This document shows, piece after piece, positions 34,701-45,859 of a DNA stretch of 56,465 nt; position 1 is the first letter of the stretch, and the number at the start of each line of letters is the position of its first letter. The stretch covers positions 1 through 56,465 of the forward strand of contig JAHBMJ010000088.1 of assembly GCA_018398765.1 (NCBI GenBank), read 5' to 3'. The DNA comes from Chromera velia (taxonomy: Eukaryota). Position numbers and translations under genes: made by a program. The notes under the pieces are model-generated. The model did not search any database and was not told the DNA's origin. It saw nothing but the letters and a program-made list of their open reading frames with translations.

Positions 34701-36825
34701 CATTGCTGAAGGGAAACAAATCGTTTAAGTGGGGGAAGAAAGAGGAAGAAAGCTTTGAAGCAGTAAAGCAAGCAGTGAAGAATACTGTCGAACTCTACAT
34801 TCCTGACCCTGCGCGTCCCTTCAAAATTTTTGTGGATGCGTGCAAATCGACAGAAACGCTCGCTGCCGTGCTCATGCAGGAAGATCCTGAGATCGGCTGG
34901 CTCCATCCATGTGCATTCACATCACGTAGAAAATGACACAGGCAGAGCTCAAGTATCCGATCAGAGATAAAGAATTTCTTTCTTGCGTGTTTGTGGTCAA
35001 ATCGTGGAGGTCATACGTTAGTCACACAACTAAGGTGGGGTCAGATCATGAGTCTCTCAAATATGTGAATGTGTCCGCTGACCGCACCTTAATGTCTCCA
35101 CGTATGTACAGATTTGTCAGCATGTTCGACGAGATCGGAATCACTCCGAGGTATGTGCCCGGTACTCGGAATCGCGTGGCAGATGCGCTGAGCAGGTGCC
35201 CTGGGGTGAATGCTGAGAAAGAAGAAAAAGATAAAGAAAGAAAAGAAGTGTGTTAATTGTTACAAATGGAATCAAGAGTGCAACCGGATGAGGAATTATT
35301 GGAAAGGATAAGGAAAGGATATGAAAAAGAGAAATTCTGGACAAAGGTGAAGGAAGTGCTTGAAGCAAGGCTCCAAATTGAAGACCCTGACAAAGACCCT
35401 GAGAAAGAAGTGCCTGGTCCTTGACATTTGCGGCTGATTCTTCCGAGGTTTCAGATAAAAGACGGACTGCTCTATTTCAATGACAGACTGGCCATTCCGA
35501 TAGAGAGACTACAAAGAAACCTCATTTATAAACATTATGATACGGCCGCAGGGGGGCATTTGGGGGTAGAGAAAACATATTTGAAACTGGCAGGGAGTTT
35601 TTATTGGCCACATATGTACGCATCGGTTGTTCAGTACGTCAGAAAGTGTGATGCCTGTCAAAAAGCAAAGAGGCCGACTGAGAAGCAGTATAGATTGCTC
35701 CAACCTCTGTCTATTCCTAAATTTTCTTTTCAGTCTATTTCTCTTGATTTTGTATTTGGACTCCCGAGGGTGGTGTTTAAAGGAGAAGAGGTAGATGGAA
35801 TCCTCTCTGTGGTTGATCGCCTCTCCAAAACTCCTTTCTTTGCTGCAGTCTCACAAGAGATTACAGCGGAAGGGACAGCCGAGGTGGTCTTTGAGAGGAT
35901 TGTCTATGAGCACGGGATGCCCCAATCAGTGGTCAGTGACCGTGATCCTCGTTTTTTCTCTGCATTTTGGAAGGAACTCGCTCGGCTGTGGGGCATAAAA
36001 TTGAATATGAGTACAAGAGGATACCCACAGTCAGATGGACAGAGAGAGAGAGACAACCAGACCATCGAACAGATGTTGCGTTGTTTTATGAATGAGCATC
36101 AAACGGACTGGCCGAAGTGGTTGTGTTCTTGTCAGTTTGCATATCGTGATTCGGTGCATCCAGCCACAGGCATGTCTCCTTTTCGCTTTCTGTACAGACG
36201 TGACCCGATTCGTCTGCCTTCTGTCTCTATGCGTTCTAAGTCATTCTGTCCGCCAGCAGCAGACTTTGCAGATCGCAGAGAAGCAGAAATCATGAGAGCA
36301 AAGGAGAGACTTGAGCAAGCAAGAGAACGAGCAGCTCAACAAGTAGATCCATACAGACAAGAGGTTTTATTTGCTCCAGGGGATTTTTTGCTTGTACGCA
36401 ATGCATATTTTAAGGGAAGCAGGAAGCCAAACGGGAAGCTTGAGCCTGTATTTTATGGACCATTCGAGGTAGAGAGAAAGGTGGGGAGCAACGCGTATGA
36501 GCTCATATTCCCTGCAGGAATGAAAGGTCACAATGTGATTAATGTATCATACCTGAAGAAGTATGAGAGAAGGAAGGATGATCCTCTGCCTGCTGTTCGG
36601 TTGCCTGCATCAGAAGAGATTGAGTATGAAGTAAAAGAGATTCTCGACCACAGAAAGATAGACAAACAGGCATACTACCTGGTATGGTGGGAAGGAGAAA
36701 GTAAAGAGAATACATCATGGGAGCCTGTTGTCAACCTGACACATGCAAAAGAGGCATTGCATGCCTTGAAAGAAAAGAAGAGACAGCAGGAGAAAGAGAA
36801 GCAAGCAACGGGCAGGTGTAGGTAG
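31724..36825 (+). pseudogene. Disrupted single-frame gag-pol polyprotein of the gypsy element
   Basis: ORFs at 31724, 32498, 32966, 33581 and 33818 share one frame, separated by TGA/TAA/TAA/TAG. There is a frameshift near 34933. Integrase-chromodomain ORF 35428..36825 ends YEVKEILDHR...YLVWWEG...SWEP..NL. Confidence 0.9.
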
Positions 36826-37440
36826 CAATTAAGAAATAGAGAGGTGAAATCAGTATGGGCAGAACTAAGAGGTTTGTGGAGTGGAATGCATGTGTGTGAG
36901 TTTTTGGAAGATGAAATTCCTTGGTAAGTGATTTGAGGAAGAAAGCAAATCTATCCTGCATCATGGATAGATGCAGGGTGGCAGTATGGGGGTCGGACTC
37001 TGCATTCCGACTTGCTTCGTTCATTTATGGTTCAATAAAGTGTGTAGGTGCATGTTATCAATCAATGCCACGAGGTCGATTAGTTATGGATGTGTGCAGG
37101 CACTGGAACCGAGCGTGGACGTCGGTTTCGAAGCAGCAGGCAAGTGTAGGCCGGCTACGAGCGGCGAGTACGTGACGGGCCCGCGGAGTGGCAGAGCCGT
37201 GAGGCCGGCGGCGCCGCGGCGATGTGTGCGCGGACTTTAATAAGTATGGCTTGGCACAGGACTGAATAAAGTGATATCGATCTGCATGCATTCAAATTAG
37301 CTAACGATCGCTAACAATCGTTGGACTGGCTTGATCGAAGAAACAATGTACGAACCTCTCTAGGTCAAACTCTTATAGTCTATAAACTCTGAATGCACAT
37401 CGTTAGCGTTGAGAGTTCTAAGCCCTGTATTCTGCTTACA
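36817..37440 (+). repeat. Gypsy 3' LTR (start inferred)
   Basis: End fixed by homology. Start inferred at TGTAGGTAG (36817), after the purine-rich tract 36788-36816 and imperfectly inverted to the end CTGCTTACA. A 624-bp LTR would place the 5' LTR start inside the N gap. Confidence 0.7.
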
Positions 37441-37848
37441 ATACAGTTGTGGATGGTCAACTACAAATTTGAAACACTACATTATTAATCGGGTATAGCC
37501 TGAGAATTGGGCTAGGAATTGGGTCTGGTACTAAGTATTACACACATTATGATGTATTGATATATTCCATTCCATACTGACAGCCTTTCAACGGAAGGCT
37601 AGTGCCAGAACATAGAGGGAGAGACAAGGCAGTGGCTAGCGATGGATAGAGAGAGGAGATGGAAGGTGAATGAAGTCATCATATATGATAGAAAGGAAAT
37701 AAGGCCCGGCGGCCCTGGCCAGGAACTGCACTGTAAGCCCCGGTTGCAGTGCAGTCTCCCATTGTGCATAACAGGAACCTACAGCTACATACTGTCTGTC
37801 TATTGCGTCTGTGATCAGCTTACTAAGCAGAGCTCACAATAGAGATGC

Positions 37849-38099
37849 TAAAATAGATATTATAGCTTTAGCACTCGTGAACGGCTAGCTCACGCCCTAT
37901 CGCTGAGAGATAAGTATGATAGTCCAGTTTTATGCCTTTGTTTCACTACTGACTTGCTCATTTCAATCCTAGTTTCAATCTATATCAACAGATTTGCTCT
38001 CAATTAATTTGCTGGCTGATTTATACGCGCTGTGGCCGCTCCATCGCTTGGTCAATCTGAATGGGATATGCCGTGGCCCCAGTAAAATGGCACACAACA
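37849..38099 (-). repeat. Copia 3' LTR (251 bp)
   Basis: Aligns with 43571-43809: 21 substitutions plus a 12-bp indel. Confidence 0.92.
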
Positions 38100-41000
38100 C
38101 AAATTCTTTTCTTTTTTTTTTTCATTTTCTTTAATACACTGCAAAATAAGGAGCAACCAAGTCGGGGCTCATGCTTTTGGTTAAAAGGTCATTGCCAGCG
38201 CGATTAGTAAAGGTGGACACATCTAGGGAGACATGCATCAGACAAACACCGTAAGCATCAAGTGCATCGCAAAGAGATAGAGACTGGACAACCAATGTTT
38301 TAGGAGAACGTTCCAGAATGCAGGATTGGAGAGATTTGATTACTTCTATTACCGAATGCTCGCTTGGCCTGGGATAGTCCGCAAACACCAAGTTTAATAC
38401 GTCCTGCGCGTCAGTGTAGAGTTTCACCTCCATACCTGTCTTCTATACCTAACACAATGTATGCAAGAGGCTTTTGGTGAAGTCAGCAGCGTCGTGCGTG
38501 GCGTACACTTCAGCACGAGCGCTGCTGCGGACCACCCGAGGTTGGTGAAAAGAACGCTACTGCCAACAACTGTTTTCCGCTCCCAAAATCCATCCTGTAT
38601 ATGGGTGGGCGCAGCCAGCGTTGCCTAAAGCGGCATCATTGTACTGAGTAAGAAGAAGGGGCTGGCTGATAGGGGAGATGTCACACCGATAAATATGAAT
38701 TAAGACGGCGGGAAGACGTGGTGACGGCATACCTGCCTAAACCGTGTAGAATGGACTCAGCCTTTTCAGTTGGCCCAGGGGCTATAACATAATGACTCAC
38801 TTCATTGCACGCTTCAGCCAGGTCGGGGCGGGTATCGCGAGCTACCTAGCGAGCTACCCAGGTGTACCTAAGCAAGGCTGCCAAGAAGCTTTCGGAAGTC
38901 TCGGTGGCAGGTTTTGAAAAGGAAGGGGGAGTCACTTGAAAGAAGGTTGCGGGAATCAGGGGGAAGTGGGGTGGACAAGACAGGGCCCTCAGAGTCTGGG
39001 ATGAGGGAAGTGAGAGATTAGAGATACTCATGTTGGCTGATCTGCACATTGTTAGTTATCAACATGAAGTCAACACCAACCCAGTGAATATGTCCGTTCT
39101 TCGGGTGAGTGGTGGTAATTGTGTAGTGTCCTTTGGCTACGATTTCATCGAGAAGGCTCTGGGGGCTCCAACCAATGCCGATGACAGCCAGATCATCAAC
39201 AAAGGTAGTGCAGAGACCTAGGAGCTTAGATGTGGGGGCATCAGGGCTCTCAGTCCATTTCCACCATAACCCTTGCACTCCGCTCTTGACCTACCTTGTA
39301 GATATCAGAGCTCTGTCTCAGTCCCCCTCAAAGATGTATCCACTGTCCCTTAGATCATAGACACACTTTTTCAGAAGCCACAACGAATTTCCATGATCGG
39401 GGTGGTCAGCAGGGGGAATTACGTAAACCAGGGCCTCACTATCAGGGCGAAGGGCGTTGAGATAGGCATTCTCAATATTCCCGGCCAACAAGGACGCAGG
39501 TTATAGAATCAAACTCATCATGACCGAAAGCGATTGAGAAGGCGATTCGCATCACCCATTGCAATGGGAGGTACGGTCGCTACCTAGGTTGCTGCTCACA
39601 GACACCCCCTCTCTATGATCAAAACAGGGGGAGCCGTTCGCACAGAGACGGGATTTGAAAATGCGATCCCCCTCAGCAATACGTTTCAATGTGTCACGCC
39701 AAATGAGGGGGATTGCGCCCTTCCGGCAGCTGTCAGGCACAGAAGATAAAAAGATGGCTTCGTAGGCTTCGTAATCGGAATATTTCTGCAGCTCTTTGGC
39801 ACGAGATACTTCAAAAAGGGGGCGGTCTTCGTCAGACAAGTCTTGGAGGTGAATGGGGATATGAGTTGTTGCAGAAAGGGCGGCATAAATGCACACTCTT
39901 CATCAAGAGCAGGATTCCGAAAGGAGATCGGGAATGGGCGAATGCAGCTGAGTGCGCTTGAACAGAGTCGGCAGGAAGCCGTCTCTCGGGGCTGAGAATG
40001 ATACGCCGTTGAACAATGTCGGTAGAGGCAAGACAACAGAGTTCTTCTATATGATTCTTTGGCTTAGAAGCGCGAAAGCAGAGTTTGCTTCCGTTCTTGT
40101 GGCGCGAAGCAGGCAGGAAGGAGCGATTTGTAAGAGGACCGCCATGATTGCTACCCCAGGTATGAACAGTGATGAGGCTGTCATCAACAGCCAAGAAGCG
40201 GCTCTTGGTGTCTTCCGCCTCCCACACAATCATCTCTCCCCGCAGAAAATCAGAAACAGGAGGGGCGGCAGGAACAAAAGCCTCTGGGGAGACGGCAGGA
40301 GCTGGAGTGTTGGACATTTAGGGAGGAGACTGCAAACTGGGATAGGAAGACGACGCAGGGGAACTCTCCACTGGCGCTGGCGGAGATTCGGGCTCTGGGG
40401 CAGAGGGTGAGGAAGGAGGGGGGGGAACTGACTTGCAGAGACAGCGGACATGGGCAAGAATGCTGCAACCGGTGGAAGAGCGTCGGATGCGATAGATGTG
40501 CAGGCCCAGACACTGAAGAATCTCGATCAGCATCTTCATATCGGGGAGTAAACTTGGGACGGCGTTCCTCTAGATGGCTGAAAATGACTTTTTTGGAGAC
40601 GGAGTATGCAGGAGCTCATTGATCGTCGGCGTCGGGGGTAAGAAGGTCGCGGAGGGAAAAAGGGGAAACAACCTCTGCACACTTGGAAGAGGGACTTGCC
40701 TTTCTGACCAGAGCTGGGACGGCGGTTGTACTGGGAGACAACCTCATCCAAAACGGACAGCTACGCGCTGTCGGGGAGGCCTCGGTCAAGAAGGATACCC
40801 CAAATGATAATTTGGAGCTCCTGGTGGGTTCATTCAAGGGGGCCTAGAGAGCGATGCCAACCAGCAGGCGCAAATGATTGCTCAACGGGTTTGCTGAATA
40901 GAAATTCGGCAAAATCTCCTCGATTCTCACACCCTAAATCCGTTCATACTTCTGGAACTACTTCTCCCTCATGTCTCTGCCAATTGGTATAGACTTCTCG

Positions 41001-43570
41001 GATGGTAGTGGCAAGGCGGTCTTTCAATGGGAATGCCCACAGCCATCCATCAAATATATCTTTGATCGTCAGTAGGTAACAACCAACCCCATGATCCCCC
41101 AACCCATACATGACATCAATGAAAACACGGCAACTGGCAGAAGTCACCCGGGGGGAAGCAGTGGAACCGTCGGAGACGTTGTGAGGTTTGATGCGGGAAC
41201 ACGTACCTCCATTACGGTAGAGATATAACGGAAGTACACGCGCGATGGCACGTCTTATGGGGCTACGAGGGAGAGAAAAAAGATCACGCAGGCCTTCCCG
41301 CAGGGATTTCCATGTGCCATTCACCCCCATATGCCCCAATTTGGCATGATGCTCTCGGATGAGGGATTCGATCAATTCACTGACTTCGGAGGTTAAAGGA
41401 GACGAAAGGGGGGGGCTAGGAGGGGGGGAAGAGGAGGGATAAGCACGTGTACATGCACGCAGACAGGCGGGCCTCAGGCTGACATAACGATGCAAACGCG
41501 GCTTTCTTATACCTCCAAGCAGGACAGCAGGAGGCGTAGGTCCCTCTTGGTTAGATTGGGCTGCGGTGCCGGGGGAGGCCGAAGCACAAGAGACCTCTCC
41601 AGACGGCCGCAGTCGCACAAAAAAAAGATTATTGCCTGCACAACAGAACCGAATGTCTGAAAGGTCAAGAAAGGAAAGTGTGCCAGTTGAATAGTCAAAC
41701 ACAGCCTTGAGATTGATCAAACATTCATTTCTGATCAACACAGGCGTGACTGAGTTGGTTTCCATCACATCAGCAATCAAGACAGCGGGGCTACCATTGA
41801 TCTGAACAGGGAGATGGGCAGCGCACGTGACGACTTCAAGTTTGCTACCTGTTTGGATATGGTATGACTTGATGGCTACTTCCTTCCACGTCTAACCAAA
41901 CATTGCTTTCATTTATGTCAACCACCCTCTAGTAACCATGGTGCTACGACTGGCACCAATATCAAGAATAGTATAAGGACCATCAAAGGAGAAGGGAGAC
42001 GAATGAGAGGAAGTTGACAAACAGGCAGGAGAAGGAGAGAAAATAGAAGGGACTGACGTCAGAGTGGAAGCCATCGCAGCAAGACCTCCCCCCTTTACCC
42101 ACTGCCCCCCTTTGCCCACTGCCCCTCTCACCCTCCTGTTCTCCTCGAGCTGGGGGGGAAATACTTTTCGATCAGTTCGGGAACTGACAACTGACAGTCT
42201 CCGGTCTTGTGACCCTTCTTCCCACACCTCGATATGTCGCACTGAAACTGCATCAGACACTTTGGGGTAAAATAGCCCCACTTTGAACAGGTGATACACC
42301 AAGGTCGGTTCGTCACGGCGGTTAGTACCAGAAGCCTGGTAAGAGGAGCCTGCCACAGCTGCGGTAGCACCATCATATATGATGCTTATACGACTGAACG
42401 ATTTTGGAAGGAGACGGAGACGGGGCCTGTGACGCAATAAGGGAACCGGGTTTGGGTTCGGAGAACGGGGTGGTAAAAGAAGAGGTGGGGTCGAGTTTTT
42501 GCGATTTAATCAGAAATTGTTTAACGATTCCCTTGGGATGATCCCAAGCAAAAGACTCAACACTGTCAGCTGCTATCACATCGCCCTGTAAAGGAGAAAG
42601 GATTGTACGAAGGAGGAAAAAAAATGCTAGGAACCCTTGATTATCGGAAAATGGGCAGAACCGTCCCTAGACACGGACTTCATGTTTCTAATGGAAGAGG
42701 TCAAGATCTGTCTCTGGATCTCCGGTACCAGTATAGATAGAGACGACAGAGCGATGTAGATAGAACGTCTTAATTTTTTTGTGAGGTCTCGCGCCTCTTT
42801 CTTCAGGGCTTTGGGGGTCAAGTGAAGTGCTCTCTAGGGGAGAAAGCAGAGATCGTTCAGACAAGTGTTGAACTCAACATCATTGGGCTTGGCATAATGC
42901 CCTTGGAGTTCCTTTTAGATGAGACCAATGTCTTTCTTCTCCTCTGTGGTGAGGGAACGGACGTGTTCTATCAACAGTTCGAAAGGCTCCAGCCCGCTTA
43001 TGAAAAAGCTAGCCCTCTCTGCCAGTGATGCGCTCTTTAAATGCCTCTCAGAGAAGCACTCAAAGGACTCAAAAATGTTCTCGAGCTGTTCTGTTGTGGC
43101 AGACGGGGAGGATGAATCTTTCATAAATTTTAGGGTGCACTTCCAATCAGGAATCTACTGTCAGGAATCTTCGTCGGCTCTCTGACTTGAAGTTCCTGTC
43201 TCCTTTGGCTGGCTTGAACGGCTTCTGTTTTTGCGCTGACCAAGGCAAGTCAAGCTTCTTCAAGCTCTGCCATCAGCTGGGCATTTTCTTTTCGGGCCGT
43301 CTCCAACTCTTCATCTCTCTCTCCCATCTTTCTCTGCATATCTTCTACAACGCTGAACACTGTGTTGAGTTGTCGCTGCAGTGTAGCATTGCTAGGAGGA
43401 GGGGCTTCAGTCTTCTTCCGACAGGGCACCTTCTTCATCTTGTAGCTCTTCAATGGTTCCTCCACTTATTGACATCTGAAGAGGAACATCAACATGAGAT
43501 GGAGTCGCTTGGAACAAAGGCTCGGACTCTTCCATTTTTCACAAATCGAATCGAACCAGGTTTGGTACCA

Positions 43571-43809
43571 TAAAGTGGATACTATAGCTCTAGCACTCGT
43601 GAACGGCTAGCTCACGCCCTGTCATTGAGAGATAAGTATGACAGTCCGGTCTTGTACCTTTGTTTCACTACTGACTTGCTCATTTCAATCTATATCAACA
43701 GATTTGCTCTCAATCAATTTGGTGGCTGATTCATGCGCGCCGTGGCCGCTCCATCGCTCGGTCAATCTGAATGGGACATGCCGTGGCCCCAGTAAAATGG
43801 TATACAACA
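43571..43809 (-). repeat. Copia 5' LTR (239 bp)
   Basis: Aligns with 37849-38099; followed on the minus strand by PBS TGGTACCAAACCTGGTTCGA (43570-43551). Confidence 0.92.
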
Positions 43810-44946
43810 GATGCAACAGGCTGGTACTCATCGATCAATATTTGTTCAGGCGTGCTGGGACGTTGCATGACAGAATGGTGGGCGCGCCGTGCTCCATATA
43901 CGTCCGTATATAGGCCTGTTGTGGGGCGGTGTACACCGCCCGTGCCTCTTTGTGCCTGATCATGCGTGCGTCACATCGGTGGAACTCTGTGTGCCACCAC
44001 TGGCACACAACAGTATAGCTCTAGAAAGAAGTGTATTTGACACTGTATCATTCTAGTTTTATAACGATTTAATATTATTAAAGTCATAAGTATATATATA
44101 AATGATTTAGTGGTGTTAAGTGTATTGCTAGGTAGTGCCCTAGAGTACTGTAATAAGCATTGTTGTTTTTTTGTCTTATAGAGGTCGCAATTGAAGAATT
44201 AACAATTGAGGTATAGACACCATGTTGGCCAAACTACGCATAGTAGTCCTCTCTGCCCTGAATAGCCCTAAAACAAATTTAGACAGTATAGAAGGCACCA
44301 AAAGATACTGATGGCGATTGAGAGTAAATGGAAAGCCAAAGTTAAACCTTGACTTATCACTAGACCATCCTTGACCCCGCTTATTCCTCGACCTGCTTCA
44401 ACATGCTTTTGTCTTCCTTTATCCTTTTCCTGATTGTGAACGTTTTCTCATTTAAAAACGAAAAAAAGTACTACTAGGCTACTACTAGATTCAATTTGGA
44501 CCTGAGGTGGGAGGGCGCGTAGGTACGCGCATGAATCTCTGATTCATTATGAAAAACTGATGGACGCAGTCTGATGCCCCAAAAATATCGCTGACAAGGC
44601 ACTTAATAAAGTTATAATTTCGCTTTTCGCTGGGTTATTCGTACAGAGTGCATGCGTTAAATGTTTGCGTAACGTTGACGGAACCGTGCACATATCGTAC
44701 ACACTGTCATGATCACAGTTACACATAGTGGCTGGTCATTCTCCAGAATCTGGATCGATTGCGGTTGCATTCTTCCTCTTAGAAAGAAGTCATGTGTTGT
44801 AGGGAATCCAAGTCATCAGGGACCAAGCAATATTTTACTCTCCAAGCAGAAATTGAAGTTGAAATTTACTATTACGAAGAACAACACATCAATCTAGCTG
44901 ACTTGACTCCTCCGAAGTCGGCTTATTCAAAAGAAAACCCAGAAAG

Positions 44947-45780
44947 ATGAAGGCGTTTTTCTTACTGTCCCTTGTGGGAGTGCTGTTTGTGTTTGCGACT
45001 GCGCAGGGGGGAGTGGACTCATAGGTCGCTGCTCTTAGCTAAAAAGTTTCTCAGCTCGAATCGAAACTGACAGCCGAAAAAACGAAGTATGACTGGGAAA
45101 TTACCGCTTCATTGTTACTGAAGGCCGATGTGCAGAGGGTCAAGGGTGACCTGGCTTCACTTCAGGCAGAAGCAGCATCCCGAGAGGTTGTGATCCTTAA
45201 GACAACGTTGGCTACAAGGGAGCAGGAGTTGATATTAATAACTAGCATTAATAAAGTTAGCCGCATCTGCCAAGGAGAAAGAGGTATCCGACCTCAAAGT
45301 TTCATTGTCTAAGTCCGAAGCTTCCACTAAGGCTGCAGCAGCAACGTTGGCTGACTCAGAGATGGAGCACAAAGTTTCCCCTTATATCTTTTCATCATCA
45401 TATGTACAAGCCTTGCAAAGCCTTGTCGGCTGGAGACGGTGCACTTCTTATCTTTAAGAAGGTGTATGCCGTGGCCGCCGTTGAAAAAATCCCCCAACTT
45501 AAAGACAAAATCCAACTATATATAGATAAGGCACTCGTCACCGTGGATGGACTGTACACCCTCCCTGTAAACCCCCATAATATTGATACCCACTTCCTTC
45601 TCCTAGTCCAGAAAGGTTATTCCAAAGCCAGTGGTCTCCATATAAAACGTGTTCTTCCCTTCATTTCAGCAGGGTGGTATGATCTTGTAGCTCTCCGAAC
45701 CAGTAGAGATCCCTCCTTAAACTATCAGTCCAATGTTGAGAGTGCTCATGAGCGTCCGCCTGTCATCTTAAAAATATAAA
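44947..45780 (+). pseudogene. Pseudogene of a signal-peptide-bearing coiled-coil protein
   Basis: ATG 44947: MKAFFLLSLVGVLFVFATAQGGVDS*VAALS*KVSQLESKLTAEK...LKADVQRVKGDLASLQAEAA. Stops are TAG 45022 and TAA 45040. Heptad-like sequence continues after a frameshift near 45250 (KLAASAKEKEVSDLKVSLSKSE). Confidence 0.65.
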
Positions 45781-45859
45781 GTTTCTTCCCCCTTCCGATG
45801 CAATCTCAAAGACAGAGCAGAAGAAGTCTTATGCCAAGCCGGTAGAGGCGGACTCCAAG

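Larger units (their letters stand above)
31201..37440 (+). mobile_element. Ty3/gypsy LTR retrotransposon with integrase chromodomain (chromovirus-like), inactivated
   Basis: Direct repeats 31201-31548 and 37093-37440 ending in CA, with a PBS at 31552. Domain order is gag, CCHC, protease, RT (PYR..SPYAAPVLFV.KKDG.MRMCCDY..LN; FLDDIL), RNase H (VDA..E..DH..ADALSR), integrase (GHLG..CDACQ; SLDF; SDRDPRF; DGQRER; GPF) and chromodomain. Confidence 0.96.
37849..43809 (-). mobile_element. Full-length but heavily mutated Ty1/copia LTR retrotransposon (5961 bp)
   Basis: LTRs 43571-43809 and 37849-38099 begin TGTTG on the minus strand. 5-bp TSD GATGC at 37844-37848 and 43810-43814. PBS TGGTACCA abuts the 5' LTR. 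Domain order is gag/CCHC (42128..42376), protease (ILDIGAS), integrase (HAKLGH, FIDV, TDLGCE), RT (KSRLCANG, NAYLNA, LKKCVY, FVDDL, SQHEY, RPDLA) and RNase H (SSARAE, LYTD, DLLTK), which is copia order. Many stops. Confidence 0.93.
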
